A stretch of 64,000 nt of DNA from Salpingoeca rosetta (lineage: Eukaryota; Protista; Choanoflagellata), in NCBI GenBank assembly GCA_033442325.1, contig JAWQFM010000001.1:39225-103224 (forward strand), given 5' to 3'. The translations under genes and the position numbers were made by a program. The notes under the pieces were generated by a model. That model did not search any database. It saw only the letters and a list, made by a program, of their open reading frames with translations, and was not told where the DNA came from. Each line of letters begins with the position of its first letter. Position 1 is the stretch's first letter. Shown here piece after piece: positions 30,169 through 49,311 of this stretch.

Positions 30169-30203
<35 letters not shown>

Positions 30204-31202
30204 ACACACACACACACACACACACCCATACACGCACACACACACACAAACACACAAACACACACACAAACACACAAACACACACAAAAACATACAAGCG
30301 CGCGCACGCCCCTGCACTGCGTCATTTCTCCCCGTGTCTCTACCTCACACACACACTCACACACACACGCGCGCGCGCGCAACTGCCATCCATATGTTTT
30401 ATGTGCTGTCGTAGAGCGGATGCTTCGGTGCGACGAGGAGAGTGACCAGCATCAAACAGACACACGCGTCCCGCAGCAGCAAGCAGGGCAGCCAACCGCC
30501 AGCAGTCAGGAGGGAGCACTGCCCGCCACGTCACCAACAACTGCAGCCTCGACCAATCAGGCTATCCAGCACACGCAACTAACACACCACATACAGCAAC
30601 AGCAACAGCAGCTACAGCAACAGGCTGTGTTGGCGCCCACGCCACGACGACAGGTACAGGTGGCACGGGCACGGACGTCACTCGGGGCCAGCGGTGGCAA
30701 CAACGACAACAACGACAACAGCAGCAGCGACAACGACGACGATGATGATGATGATGACGCTGATGACAATGACGAGGGTGAGAGTGCGAGCACGGCAGAC
30801 ACGGGCCGAAACAGCAGCACGTGCGCCCCCGCCCGCAGCGTCACGTCCGAGTGTGGAGGAGATGGGGACATGGACGAGGCAGGCAACTGCGGTGGTGATG
30901 ATGAGCACCAGCACATGCAGCACAAGCAACAAACACTGACACCGCTCCAGGCTGAATTGGGGGATGCGTTGCGGTGCAGTGTGTGCAGCCACCTGCTGGT
31001 CGACCCCGTCACGCTGCCCTGCGGCCACGCCCTGTGTGCCGGCTGCTGCCAGCGGCTCATGCGCACGTCGTCGCTCCGTCGCAGCGGCCGCGGCCGGAAG
31101 TTCGCCTGCCCGCTCGACAACAGCAAGTTCTCCCGGGATATGGCGCTCAGCATCTCTGTCCAACTCCGTACCGTCCTCTCCATCCTCAGCAGAAGCACGT
31201 GA
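29142..31202 (+). CDS. Ankyrin-repeat plus C-terminal RING finger protein (putative E3 ligase)
   Basis: Ankyrin repeats GASPNIKDSRGWTPLHW/AA and GKTPLHVAAEAGNLPAVKYLLNHGA; RING CSVCSHLLVDPVTLPCGHALCAGC...CPLD. Confidence 0.88.
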
Positions 31203-31725
31203 TTGCTGCTGCCGCTGTTGCTGCTGCTGCTCGTTTGGGTGATGGCCGCTTGGTTCTGCTGCTGCTGCTGCTGCTGCTGTAGCGACAGCTTCCCCCTTTC
31301 CCATTCTCGTCCTCGTTGGTTGTCTGCTCGTCTTCGTTCCTATCTCGCTGTTCTCGTCACTCAACGTCGCCCCTCCAATAGTGCACCGCCACAGCCAATT
31401 CTGCCATCCGTCCACGAGTACAGAACCCACTCAAGCGCACAGATGCACGTATGTGTTGTGTGCGTGCGTGCGTGTGTGCGTGTGTGTGCGTGTGTGTGCG
31501 TGTGCGTGTGTGTTGGTGGCTGCTCAATGCAAATCAATGCAGTCGCATCGTGCGGTGGTGGTGCTGCTGCCGGGCTGCTGCAGGCTGACCATCAACGTGC
31601 GAGCTCAAGCATCAGCTCGCCTTGAATTGAACCAAGAACTCGCTAAATCAAAAGTAATATCCTAGCTTGCAAAGCGAGAGGGCCCAGTGGGTGGTCACAA
31701 TCGTGACAGCACGATCTGCAATCGA

Positions 31726-35636
<3,911 letters not shown>

Positions 35637-35977
35637 CCTTCCTTTTCCAAAAGATTTCGAGTCCTTCCTGACAAGCAAACGCCAGCAGCATGACGGCACA
35701 TTATCCTCAACAACCCCGCCACCTCACACACGTCTGTTTCTCTCACAGCCAATCGCTGGGGATGCCTTTATCAAGGGTTTACTTTGGGGCTGCTGCTTTG
35801 TTGCGGGCATGACCGTGGCACACACGCGCACACTTACACCAACACGCACGACATGAAAAAGAGCGACAGTGAACACCAGTCTGCGGGACGCACAACATCA
35901 GCGGCAACAACACATGGGGGGAAAGACAGCGAGGGGCAACGAGGACGACGGGGGAAACGACAGCACAACGTGTGCGT

Positions 35978-37364
35978 TTACGCGAGCTCCTTGGCCTTCT
36001 GTTCCATGCGGCGGTCACGCTCCTCGGCAATCGTGAGCTTAACACCCTTGCCCTTGGGGAGGGACACCAGGGGCTTCTTGTCGCCAATGACGAAGATGTT
36101 GCTGAGGCGGGTGGCAAACTGGTGGCCGTTGGCATCACGCAGCGTGACAATGTCGAAGCCACCAAGATGGCGGTCTAATAAACACATGTGCATGAGACAA
36201 TTGATGCAGTGAGCTCGCGCATGTACATGTGCGCTTGTTTGTGCGGGTATGTGCGCTTGCCTGTTTGGCTGCATGTTGTACGGGGATGTGTGTGCAGGAT
36301 ACATAGAGACATGCCGCAGCACCAACCAGAACCCACGCTAGCGACAGCCACACACCAGCAAACAAAGCACACGCTTCCACACCAACGAAAGCCAGGAGCC
36401 ATAGCAAATGCACACACGCGCACGCGCGCAGGTACGCACACCACGCGTGTTGACTACTCACCACGGTGGACGATGGTACCGACACGGCCCATGTTACGGC
36501 CGCCGGTGATCATGGCGAGCATGTTGTTGTCGAACTTGACAAACTCTGTGATGCGGCCAGTCTCGAGGTCGACCTTGACAGAGTCGTGCACCTTGATGTG
36601 GGGGTCAGGGTAGCGGATGGTGCGGGCGTCGTGGGTGACAACCATGGGGACACCGCGGGGGCCGACGAAGGTCTTGGTGACCTTGCACAGCTTGTACTTG
36701 GCCTCGGCGTCATCGATCCTGTGAACTGTGTAGCGGCCCTTGGCATCGTACAGAAGACGGAAGTTCTCGTTGGTCTTGGGGATGGAGATGACATCTGCAA
36801 ACAAAGCAAGGAAATGTTGAGAGGAGGTCGAAGACACATAGGTAAACCATGTTGAGAAAGTGACAAGACAAAAGATCCAAACCCCATCCAAAACCAAGGC
36901 TTCAATGTCACCAGACCAACGCGGAAACGGCAAACTACACACCACAATCAACCAAAGAGACGCCAGCATCGCAGAGGTCACACTCGAAGATGTGTTGCCA
37001 AAGACAGGGAGGGAGACTTGTCCACCAAACATCAACTTGCTTGTGCCTCTACACGCACATGCACACACGCACCCAGGACCAAAGGTCGAACTTACCCATG
37101 AAACCAGCGGGGTAGGTCATGTCCGTGCGGACCTTGCCGTCGACCTTGATGTTGCGCTCCTTGGTGATCATCTTAACCTCGTGGTATGTCAGGGCATACT
37201 TCAGGCGGTTGCGGATGAAGATGACAAGGGGCAGGCACTCGCGCAGCTTGTGGGGGCCGGTGGAGGGGCGGGGAGCAAAGCGACCAGACAGCTTGTCCTG
37301 CACATCAAAAAGTCAAAAAGACAAGGCCACGGCAACAGAGACACAAGCAAATTGGAACGGGAAC

Positions 37365-37395
<31 letters not shown>

Positions 37396-38002
37396 CGACG
37401 ATGACGACGACGACGACAACAACAACAACAACAACGTGAGTGCCGGCACGGAACAACAATGCCCTTGCTTGTTGTTGCTTGTTGTGTCATTGATGTTAGT
37501 TTCAACTCGGCTGCTGCCACTGCTGTTGTTGCTGCTGCAGTGTGATTGCGTTGGTGGGAGGTTTCTTCAACGCCACGTGTGTGCATGACCCCATGGCACC
37601 ATCCCATGAACACCAGCGCTGTACTCGAGCATCGTGCACGTGGCACGCTGTTGCCGCCCACAGTCACAGTTCCACCAATGCGGTTTCTGATGTTATCTAT
37701 GGGCACGGTTGCTGATGTTGGTACTGCTTCTGTTGGACCCATCGCCATCGCCGTTGCACATTGCTTGTAATCGCGCGTCAATCTCCTTCCTCCTCCATAT
37801 CCTCCTCCTCATCGTCATCATCATTATGCGATCCAAGACGGCGCTGATGATACTTGTGCACCAAAACCACACAACCCGATACTCACACAAACAAACAATC
37901 ACGCCGTCGCACACATGCACACACACGCGCGCGCCGACGTACCAGCATCCAGTGGCGGGGGGCGTTGAGCCGCTTGAGGTGCTTCTTGGGACCGCGAGCC
38001 AT
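35978..38002 (-). CDS. RPS4: 40S ribosomal protein S4 (eS4), 4 exons
   Basis: [44 protein letters not shown].../[17 protein letters not shown].../RHLGGFDIV...[17 protein letters not shown]. Confidence 0.98.
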
Positions 38003-38043
38003 GGCTGGTTTGGTGGTGGGTGAGAAGCGTGTGCGCAGGTGGC

Positions 38044-38054
38044 AGAGAAAAAGG
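38044..38054 (-). promoter_or_regulatory. Candidate TCT/5'TOP pyrimidine tract of RPS4
   Basis: CCTTTTTCTCT lies about 45 nt upstream of the RPS4 ATG on the coding strand. Confidence 0.5.
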
Positions 38055-38226
38055 CACTTTGGCCGTGCACTCACATGCGCCCCCTTCCACACACACAAAA
38101 AGAGAAGCCTTGTGCTGTGCGGAAAAGGCAAAGAAGATGTTCGTTGATTTTCGGTCGGTACTCACAGTACCGGGTACTTGCTTACGTTTACTAAAGATAT
38201 CCGGGAAAAGCAGGCAGCGGAGCAGT

Positions 38227-38533
38227 CTAAAATCTGCATTCACATTGCAGAAAATTCCACACCCCAAACACCTGAGTGGACCGGACAAAGGTGTTCCAGA
38301 CCGAGCGCAGCGGACCGCCGCGGCAGTCGCAGGCACACAAGCAGTTGGTCAGCGTCGTGCTCTCCACATCGGGGAACCGTCGCTCAAACTCCACCGCATC
38401 CTGCCGGGGCTGTATGTGTAGAGGAAGCAAGGGGAGGTGGGGCCATTGTGTGTTATGTGTGTGTGTGTTATGTGTGTGTGTTATGTGTGTGTGTGTTTGT
38501 TGATGTGTGCGTGTGTTGGGTGTTGGTGTGCAA

Positions 38534-38602
<69 letters not shown>

Positions 38603-38909
38603 GGGGGTCGTCGTGGTTGATGTGCATCGTCATATGGTAGCCATCCCCGAAGACGCGCGTCGAGCGGGCATCCAAGCAAAGGGGAGCGTGTAAGCTGATG
38701 ATCGCTTCAAGCACTGCAGCACGACACAAGCCAGCAACCCGCACAAACAAACGCAGCTCAACAGCCCAAACAGTGTGCATGTGAAACACACAACGCACAC
38801 GGCAAACACTCTGGGGCGGGGGCTGCACACAAAGAACTGTACACAAAGAACTGCACAGCTGCACGAACACACATGAATACACACAGCTGCAGCAAACAAG
38901 AACACACAC

Positions 38910-38965
<56 letters not shown>

Positions 38966-39915
38966 CTTCCCTTTCCCAAGACACACACCCAAGACACACA
39001 CCCAAAACACACAACACACACCTGGTAGTTTGAGCCGAGGCGACCAAAGGCGGTGCGCTCGTCCAAGTGGTCAACCACCTGCGCATCAATGACCGCGCAA
39101 ACGCGCCCACCGTCGTCTGGGCTGGTGCGGATCGGGCCCTTCAGCGCAGGGCGAAGCCGGCACACGTCCCGAGCATACGCACACCACTTGTAGTCCAAGC
39201 CCCAGCCGCTGCCAAGGTCCCCTTGCACAAGGTCGTACACGCACCGCCACGCATCTGCCATGAAGGACACAAACGGCCCGCACTCGATAAACGTCGTCCA
39301 GCGCCCATAGTGTGGGCCTGGCACGTTGCGGCACACGCGGTGGTCGCTGGAGCGATCGCGCAGCTCGCCCCACGCCACGGACGGCTGCGCAATCGGGATC
39401 TGCCGCTCCCACTGGATGTCCAGAAACGAGTGCACGTCAAAGTGCGCCAGGCCCACATCGCAGTCCAGCAACAAGAAGAAGTCATACCCGTCCACCCGCT
39501 CCGGCGGCACGTTCGCCTTGTAATGGTGCATCTTGAGCGCGCGGGTCTGCAGCACCGTCACGCCGTCCAGGGCCTCCAGCGCGGACCAGTCGGTGCCATC
39601 GTACACGAAGAACATGTAGTTGAACTGCGTCCGACCCCAGTCCTCCAACATCTGCTCCACGCGCGCGCGGCACTTCTTCCCCACCGTCATCCCCACCAAC
39701 ACCTTGCCCCAGGGTCTGCCTTGCTCCCGTGGTGCTTGCTGCCGCTGTTGCTGTTGCTGTACAAGGTTGTGCTTTGGTCCAGTGCCAGGTCGCTTCTGGG
39801 ATGCCATGTATGGGCGGTCGCTCATGACCACCAGCACCACAAGCGCGAGCACGAGTGCCGGTCCAGCCAGCGTCCAAGGGCGCCGTCGTCGCCCACCACC
39901 CGCCAACAGCTGCAT
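38227..39915 (-). CDS. DUF707-family type II membrane protein (putative GT-A glycosyltransferase), 2 exons
   Basis: N-terminal TM anchor; VGMTVGKK...FNYMFFVYDG, YDFFLLLDCDVG...FD...AQP, AWRCVYDLVQGDLGSGWGLD and AVIDAQVVDH match plant DUF707 motifs. The phase-0 intron spans about 38411-39021. Confidence 0.8.
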
Positions 39916-40113
39916 GGATGGGCACTAGGCAAGAAGCTGCCTGCTCCTGCAAACCAACAGTGGGAGTGGGGGAAAGGAAGGGGGGGGGAGGGGAAGGAGT
40001 GGTGCACCCGACAGACTGCCAACTGGTGTTTGTGGTCGTCGTCGTTGTTGGCTGAATGATGAGCAGTTGGGAAGATTATTTAACGTCTTCCATCAATCTT
40101 CACAAACCTTGCG

Positions 40114-40221
<108 letters not shown>

Positions 40222-40447
40222 TGTGACATGACAAACATGCACCCTCCAATGCGCTCACTTGTTGCTTTGCTTGCCCAATGATAGCTCGTTTAATTTGGCT
40301 CGTTCCTTGCTTCTCTGAATAAGATACAAAACGTAAGAGAGATAGATGAAAGACTACTCCCACGACTTGTCCCACAACGCCACCGCTGCCTGCTCATGTA
40401 ACACGTGCAAAAGAACCACAAGAAGCGGAACAATCAAAGCACAAAAG

Positions 40448-40602
<155 letters not shown>

Positions 40603-40667
40603 AGCAGAAGGAGGCAGACAACCCCCTTGTTCCTATCACTCAGCACGCCTTTTGGCCCTCTCCACAA

Positions 40668-41744
40668 TCACCACTTGGGCGCGTTGATGCTGTTGTAGGT
40701 GGTTGCGTTTGCTTCTGCCGGCTTAAGCGGCCGCTTCTGCGCCTGCTGCGAGTGTGCGTCATCCTCGCCATCATGCCCTGCATCGCCATGCACGCTCGCG
40801 CGCTGCTCGTCCGGTCGCATGAAGAGCGCCTCAATCTGCTCCAGGCTGCGGCCTTTTGTCTCTGGCAGCGCAAAGTACACGTAGACAATGCTCAGCAGCG
40901 CGATTGCAGAGTACAGCCAGAACGTGCCAGCGCGCGTGATGGCGTTGGTCAGGGACAGGAAGCTCAGCGACACGCCGAGGTTGCACACCCAGTTGATGGC
41001 GGCCGCATAGCCCGTGCCGGCGGCGCGCACGTGCGTGGGGAAGATCTCGGCGTTGATGGTCCACGGCAGAGCAGCCACACCCAGCCCAAACGCGGACAGG
41101 TACAGGCACATGGACACGATGGTGAGGATGGAGTAAGGGCTCGGGCACACGTTGGAGATGGCGACGTCGCCGGCAGACGCGTACCAGTGGGCCGCATCCA
41201 CACAGGCAGCAGGCACTGCAGAGGTGTTGGCGTTGGCAAGGCACACGCCGCTGCGCTGGTGGCTGCCGGCATCCACGCAGAACCCGCAGTGGTGGTGCTG
41301 CAGACACGTTACGCAGTTGGGGTGCGCGCAGGTAGGGTCTGACAGCGTGTTGTTGCCGGCGGGGGAGTGTGTCTGGGAGAGGTAAAAGGCCTGGGCCATC
41401 ACCAGCAGCGACACAAACACGCCCACGAGGCTCCACAGCAGCAGAGAGCGGCGGCCAGCACGCTCCACAAGCAGCAGGCCAAACACAGTGAAGACGCTGA
41501 ACACGCCCGTCACCAGTGCGGAGATCCACATGGCCTGTGTGTCTGAGGTGATGCCCGCCATCTTGAGGATGGTGCCGGAGTAGTACATGACCGTGTTGAT
41601 GGCCGTCACTGGCAAGGCCAAGCAACACAAGCATCGGCAGTACAAACAGGAGGGGGTGAGGATGGAGGAGGCAAGGAATGTTGGGTTGCACTATGTTGGA
41701 TTAGTGTGTGTGTGTTTGTGTGTGTGTGTTTGTGTGTGTTTGTG

Positions 41745-41779
<35 letters not shown>

Positions 41780-42292
41780 GAGTGTGCGTGTGTGTGTGTG
41801 GGTGTTTGTGTATGTGTGCGTGTGTTTGTGTGTGTATGCGTGTGTGTGCACGTTAGCATGTGAGCATCTGTGCGTGGCCATCTCAGCATGCGCCTGCGCA
41901 CATCCGTATGCATCTGTGCGTGTGCATCCAGACAACATGTGACATGGCGCCACGCACCTTGATTGATGACTTGAAGCATGCAGGCGAGGAAGAGGATGCG
42001 ACGCAGGTGGGGCTGTGCGAGGATGTCCATCAGGCCGCCTTGCCGCTGTGTGTTTGCAGCCTCAATTGAGTCAAGCTCAGGCTCCACATTGAACCCCTTC
42101 CCGCGCAGCTTCCGCAACACCAGCCCTGCACGCGGGCGCTCGCCCTTGTAAACGGTGCACAAAACAACGGTGGTGGGTGAGGGAAGGAATGAAGGCGCAA
42201 TGGGCATGATTGAAGGTGTGAAAGAGAGGGCCGGTGGCAACCAACGTAGTGCGCGCGCCGCGTGTATGTGCATGTGCGTGTGTGCGTGTGTG

Positions 42293-42387
<95 letters not shown>

Positions 42388-43634
42388 TGGTGTGGTGTGG
42401 TGTGCGTGCGTGCGTGTAGCGGGCGTCACAGCATTTGACGTGGCAGCTGTTTCACCTTTGCCACGAGGAAGCGTGGTGACTCTGGAAGGAAGAAGAACGC
42501 AACAAACTGAACCACGGCAGGGATGGCCGAAATGGCAAACATGTACCTGAGAAGACAAAGTGTTGTCAAAATGTCATGAGCTGTCAGCGGCAGGAAGACA
42601 AGGGGCAAAAGAGAGCTACAGCGAACACACACCCCCCCACACACACACACACATGTACACACACATGAACACATACATGTACACATACATGAACACACAT
42701 ACACAAGTACAAAGGTGTCCATGACACTGCAGTGTCTGGAGCAAACCCGTACCTCCATCCACTGGGGACAGTGCTGAAGGCAGCATCAACAATGTTGGCC
42801 AGGCATTGGCCAGTGGCAATGCACACTGTGTTGACTGCGGTGAGCGCACCACGGATGTGGGATGGTGCGCACTCTCCGATGTACACGGGCACAGTCGCAG
42901 ATGCAGCACCAACACCAAGGCCAACCACAAACCGACCTGAGTGAGCGTGTGAGTGTGTGAGTGTGTGTGAGTGAGTGAGTGTGAGTGAGTGTGTGTGTGA
43001 GCGCGACACTTCCATAAGCAAGGCCGGCACGGATACAACCACACATGTGTTACACACGTGTACACACACACGCACGTACACGCGTGCGCATGTTGCAGAG
43101 AAGGAGAACCGCCAACACACCAACAGCGAGAATCTGCCAGTTTGGGGAAAAGGTGAGGATGGCTGCACCCGCAAGGAAGACGAGGGAGCCGATGATGATG
43201 CTTGGCTTGCGCCCAATCTTCGAAGAGAGGCCACCCGACACGATGGAGCCAACAAAGGCCCCAGCCACCGTCAGGGCGACCACCACCTCCTTCTGGAAAT
43301 CGGATAACGAGAACTCCTTCTCCAACAGCAGCAACGCTACACAAAGCATGCATTGTGAGTGGATGCATTGTGAGTGAATGTGTGTGTGTGTGTATTTGTG
43401 TGTGTGTGTGTGTGTGTGTGCGTGTGTGTGTGTGAGTGAGTGAACGCGTGTGGGTATTTGTGTGTATGTGTGTGTGCGTGAGTGTGTGTGTGTGTGTTTG
43501 ATGGGGTGGAACTTTACCGTTGCCCTTGGCATCATGTGTGGTTGTGGTGTCGAGCTGGCTAGCTTCATGTCACACCATCATGGCATCGTCACGACCCACC
43601 AACGACCACCACCACACACAGCTTCAAGCACATC

Positions 43635-43667
<33 letters not shown>

Positions 43668-43909
43668 CACGGATCAAGCGCACCACAGCAGCGGCTCCAC
43701 AGCCACTCACCACCAGAGATGACGCTGGTGTCATAGCCAAACAGGGTGCCACCAAACCCGGCACAGATGGTCAGCAGCAGCAGGTCCACCGTGAACGTTG
43801 GCCGAGGGCCTCGCCGAAGCAGCGACAACCCAGCTCCATCATCACTACCATCACCACTACCACCACCACCCCTGCTGCTGCTGGCTCCAAACGCAAGACC
43901 ACCCCCCAT
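40668..43909 (-). CDS. SLC2A13: H+/myo-inositol cotransporter (MFS sugar porter, HMIT/INT type)
   Basis: GGTLFGYDTSVISG, GRKPSI, GRFVVGLGVG.ASATVPVYIGECAP, LPESPR, INTVMYYS, ERAGRR, a Cys-rich extracellular loop CxxPNCVTC...CGFC, PWTINAEIFP and PETKGRSLE. Confidence 0.9.
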
Positions 43910-44516
43910 GTTTGTTTTGTTGCCAAACCACAACAACAACACTACGACCACCCACCGTTTACGACACCACAAAATTGATGGAAACACTCCCACCCCTGAA
44001 GTCAGGTTGTTATTCCATGCATTTTTTGTTCCGCGACAACTTGGCCTTGTCGTCTTCGCTGCGGAAGGTGAGGTGTCGTTCGTTGTTGTGTGTGTGTGTG
44101 TTTCGTGTGTGTGTGTGCGCAGAGTGGGTGGGTGTAGCCGACTGACCGACTGCCTTCTGCACCCTCACCACCACCAACAACACACGTCGTCCACGACAGT
44201 TGGACTGCGAATGCTGCTTCTTTTTGCACTTTCGTGTTTCAAACACTCCCTCCCCCCCCCTCTCTCTCCCCAACCACACCGCACACACGCACACATACAC
44301 ACAAAGTGTCCTCCACTCGCTGTTATTCCCTTTGTCTTCTTCGTCTGCGTATCCTTTTATTTGCGCTCTCTCCCGCGCTCGCGTCCCCTTGCTTGTGTGT
44401 GGCGTGTCCCCGCTCACTCACTCACACTTCCCCTTACGCTGTCCTGACGTCACCACGCTGCCCCAGCTCGACGTGTCCCTGCACCTGCATCTCTTTCAAA
44501 CCCTTCACAACCAGTC

Positions 44517-48381
<3,865 letters not shown>

Positions 48382-48694
48382 GCCCGCCTCCTCCTTGCCG
48401 TTTCATCCCTTCATTCATAACACGTCCCATGTTTTGCAGACAAAAGAGAAGCACCAAGAATTGTGCATCTGTTGCAGCACGCGCGCTGTGTCCTGTCACC
48501 TTTCGTGCACCACGCTCGTGTGTGTGTGTGTGTGTGCATGTCTTGTGTTGTGTGGTTTGCTCTTCTTGGTTCTCCTCCTCTTTTCTTCCTCTCTTCCTTC
48601 TCTCTTTTCCTCCTGCTTTCTTTTCTCCTCTGTGTCTATCGCGCGTTGCTTGCTTGCTTGCTTGGGAACTGTTCCTATTCCTCCCTACCCTGCG

Positions 48695-48728
<34 letters not shown>

Positions 48729-48981
48729 GTTCGTCCTTTCTCTACACTCAATGTTGCCCCCTTTTCCCCCTCATGTCACGTATCCGAATGACCCGCTGTT
48801 GTCGTCGTTGTATGCTCCCGTGCCTGGTTTTCGTGAGCGCCTGTCTGTTTTAATGATCCACAGTAAACAGTGAGGGCAACGCTGCAGCACCGACACTCAC
48901 GCCAGCAAGCAACAAACGGCGCCCAACTCAACACTCAACTCAATCTAAGAAGCTCCTGCTCTGTGCGTGCGTGCGTGTGTG

Positions 48982-49038
<57 letters not shown>

Positions 49039-49311
49039 CGACGCCAAAGAAGCCGGACAGTCAGCTAAAAGGGAAAACGCCACTGTGAGTGCATGTGCGT
49101 GTGTTCGTTGTGGTGAAATGGAAAGGGGGGAGGAGTGCTATCCGCTAGGAAGAAGAAAACAAGCAAGGGAAGGCGAAGAGTAGTAAGATGTGATGTCACG
49201 ACGGCACGCGAACCAATGAGCCAGTATGTAAGAAACCCAAACCCAAGGGATGAAAACGCCAAAAGAACGAAAAGAACGAACAACGCAACAACAGGCGTAA
49301 GTGGTGTTGCT

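Noticed and set aside
31200-31625. In-frame hydrophobic plus poly-Cys stretch after the ankyrin-RING TGA (readthrough or selenocysteine?)
   Set aside because: It derives from CTG repeats, the TGA-TTG context is not the readthrough consensus, and no SECIS is evident.
36797-37942. Intronic snoRNAs in RPS4
   Set aside because: I could not find a convincing C/D box pair with a terminal stem or an H/ACA fold; a covariance-model search is needed.
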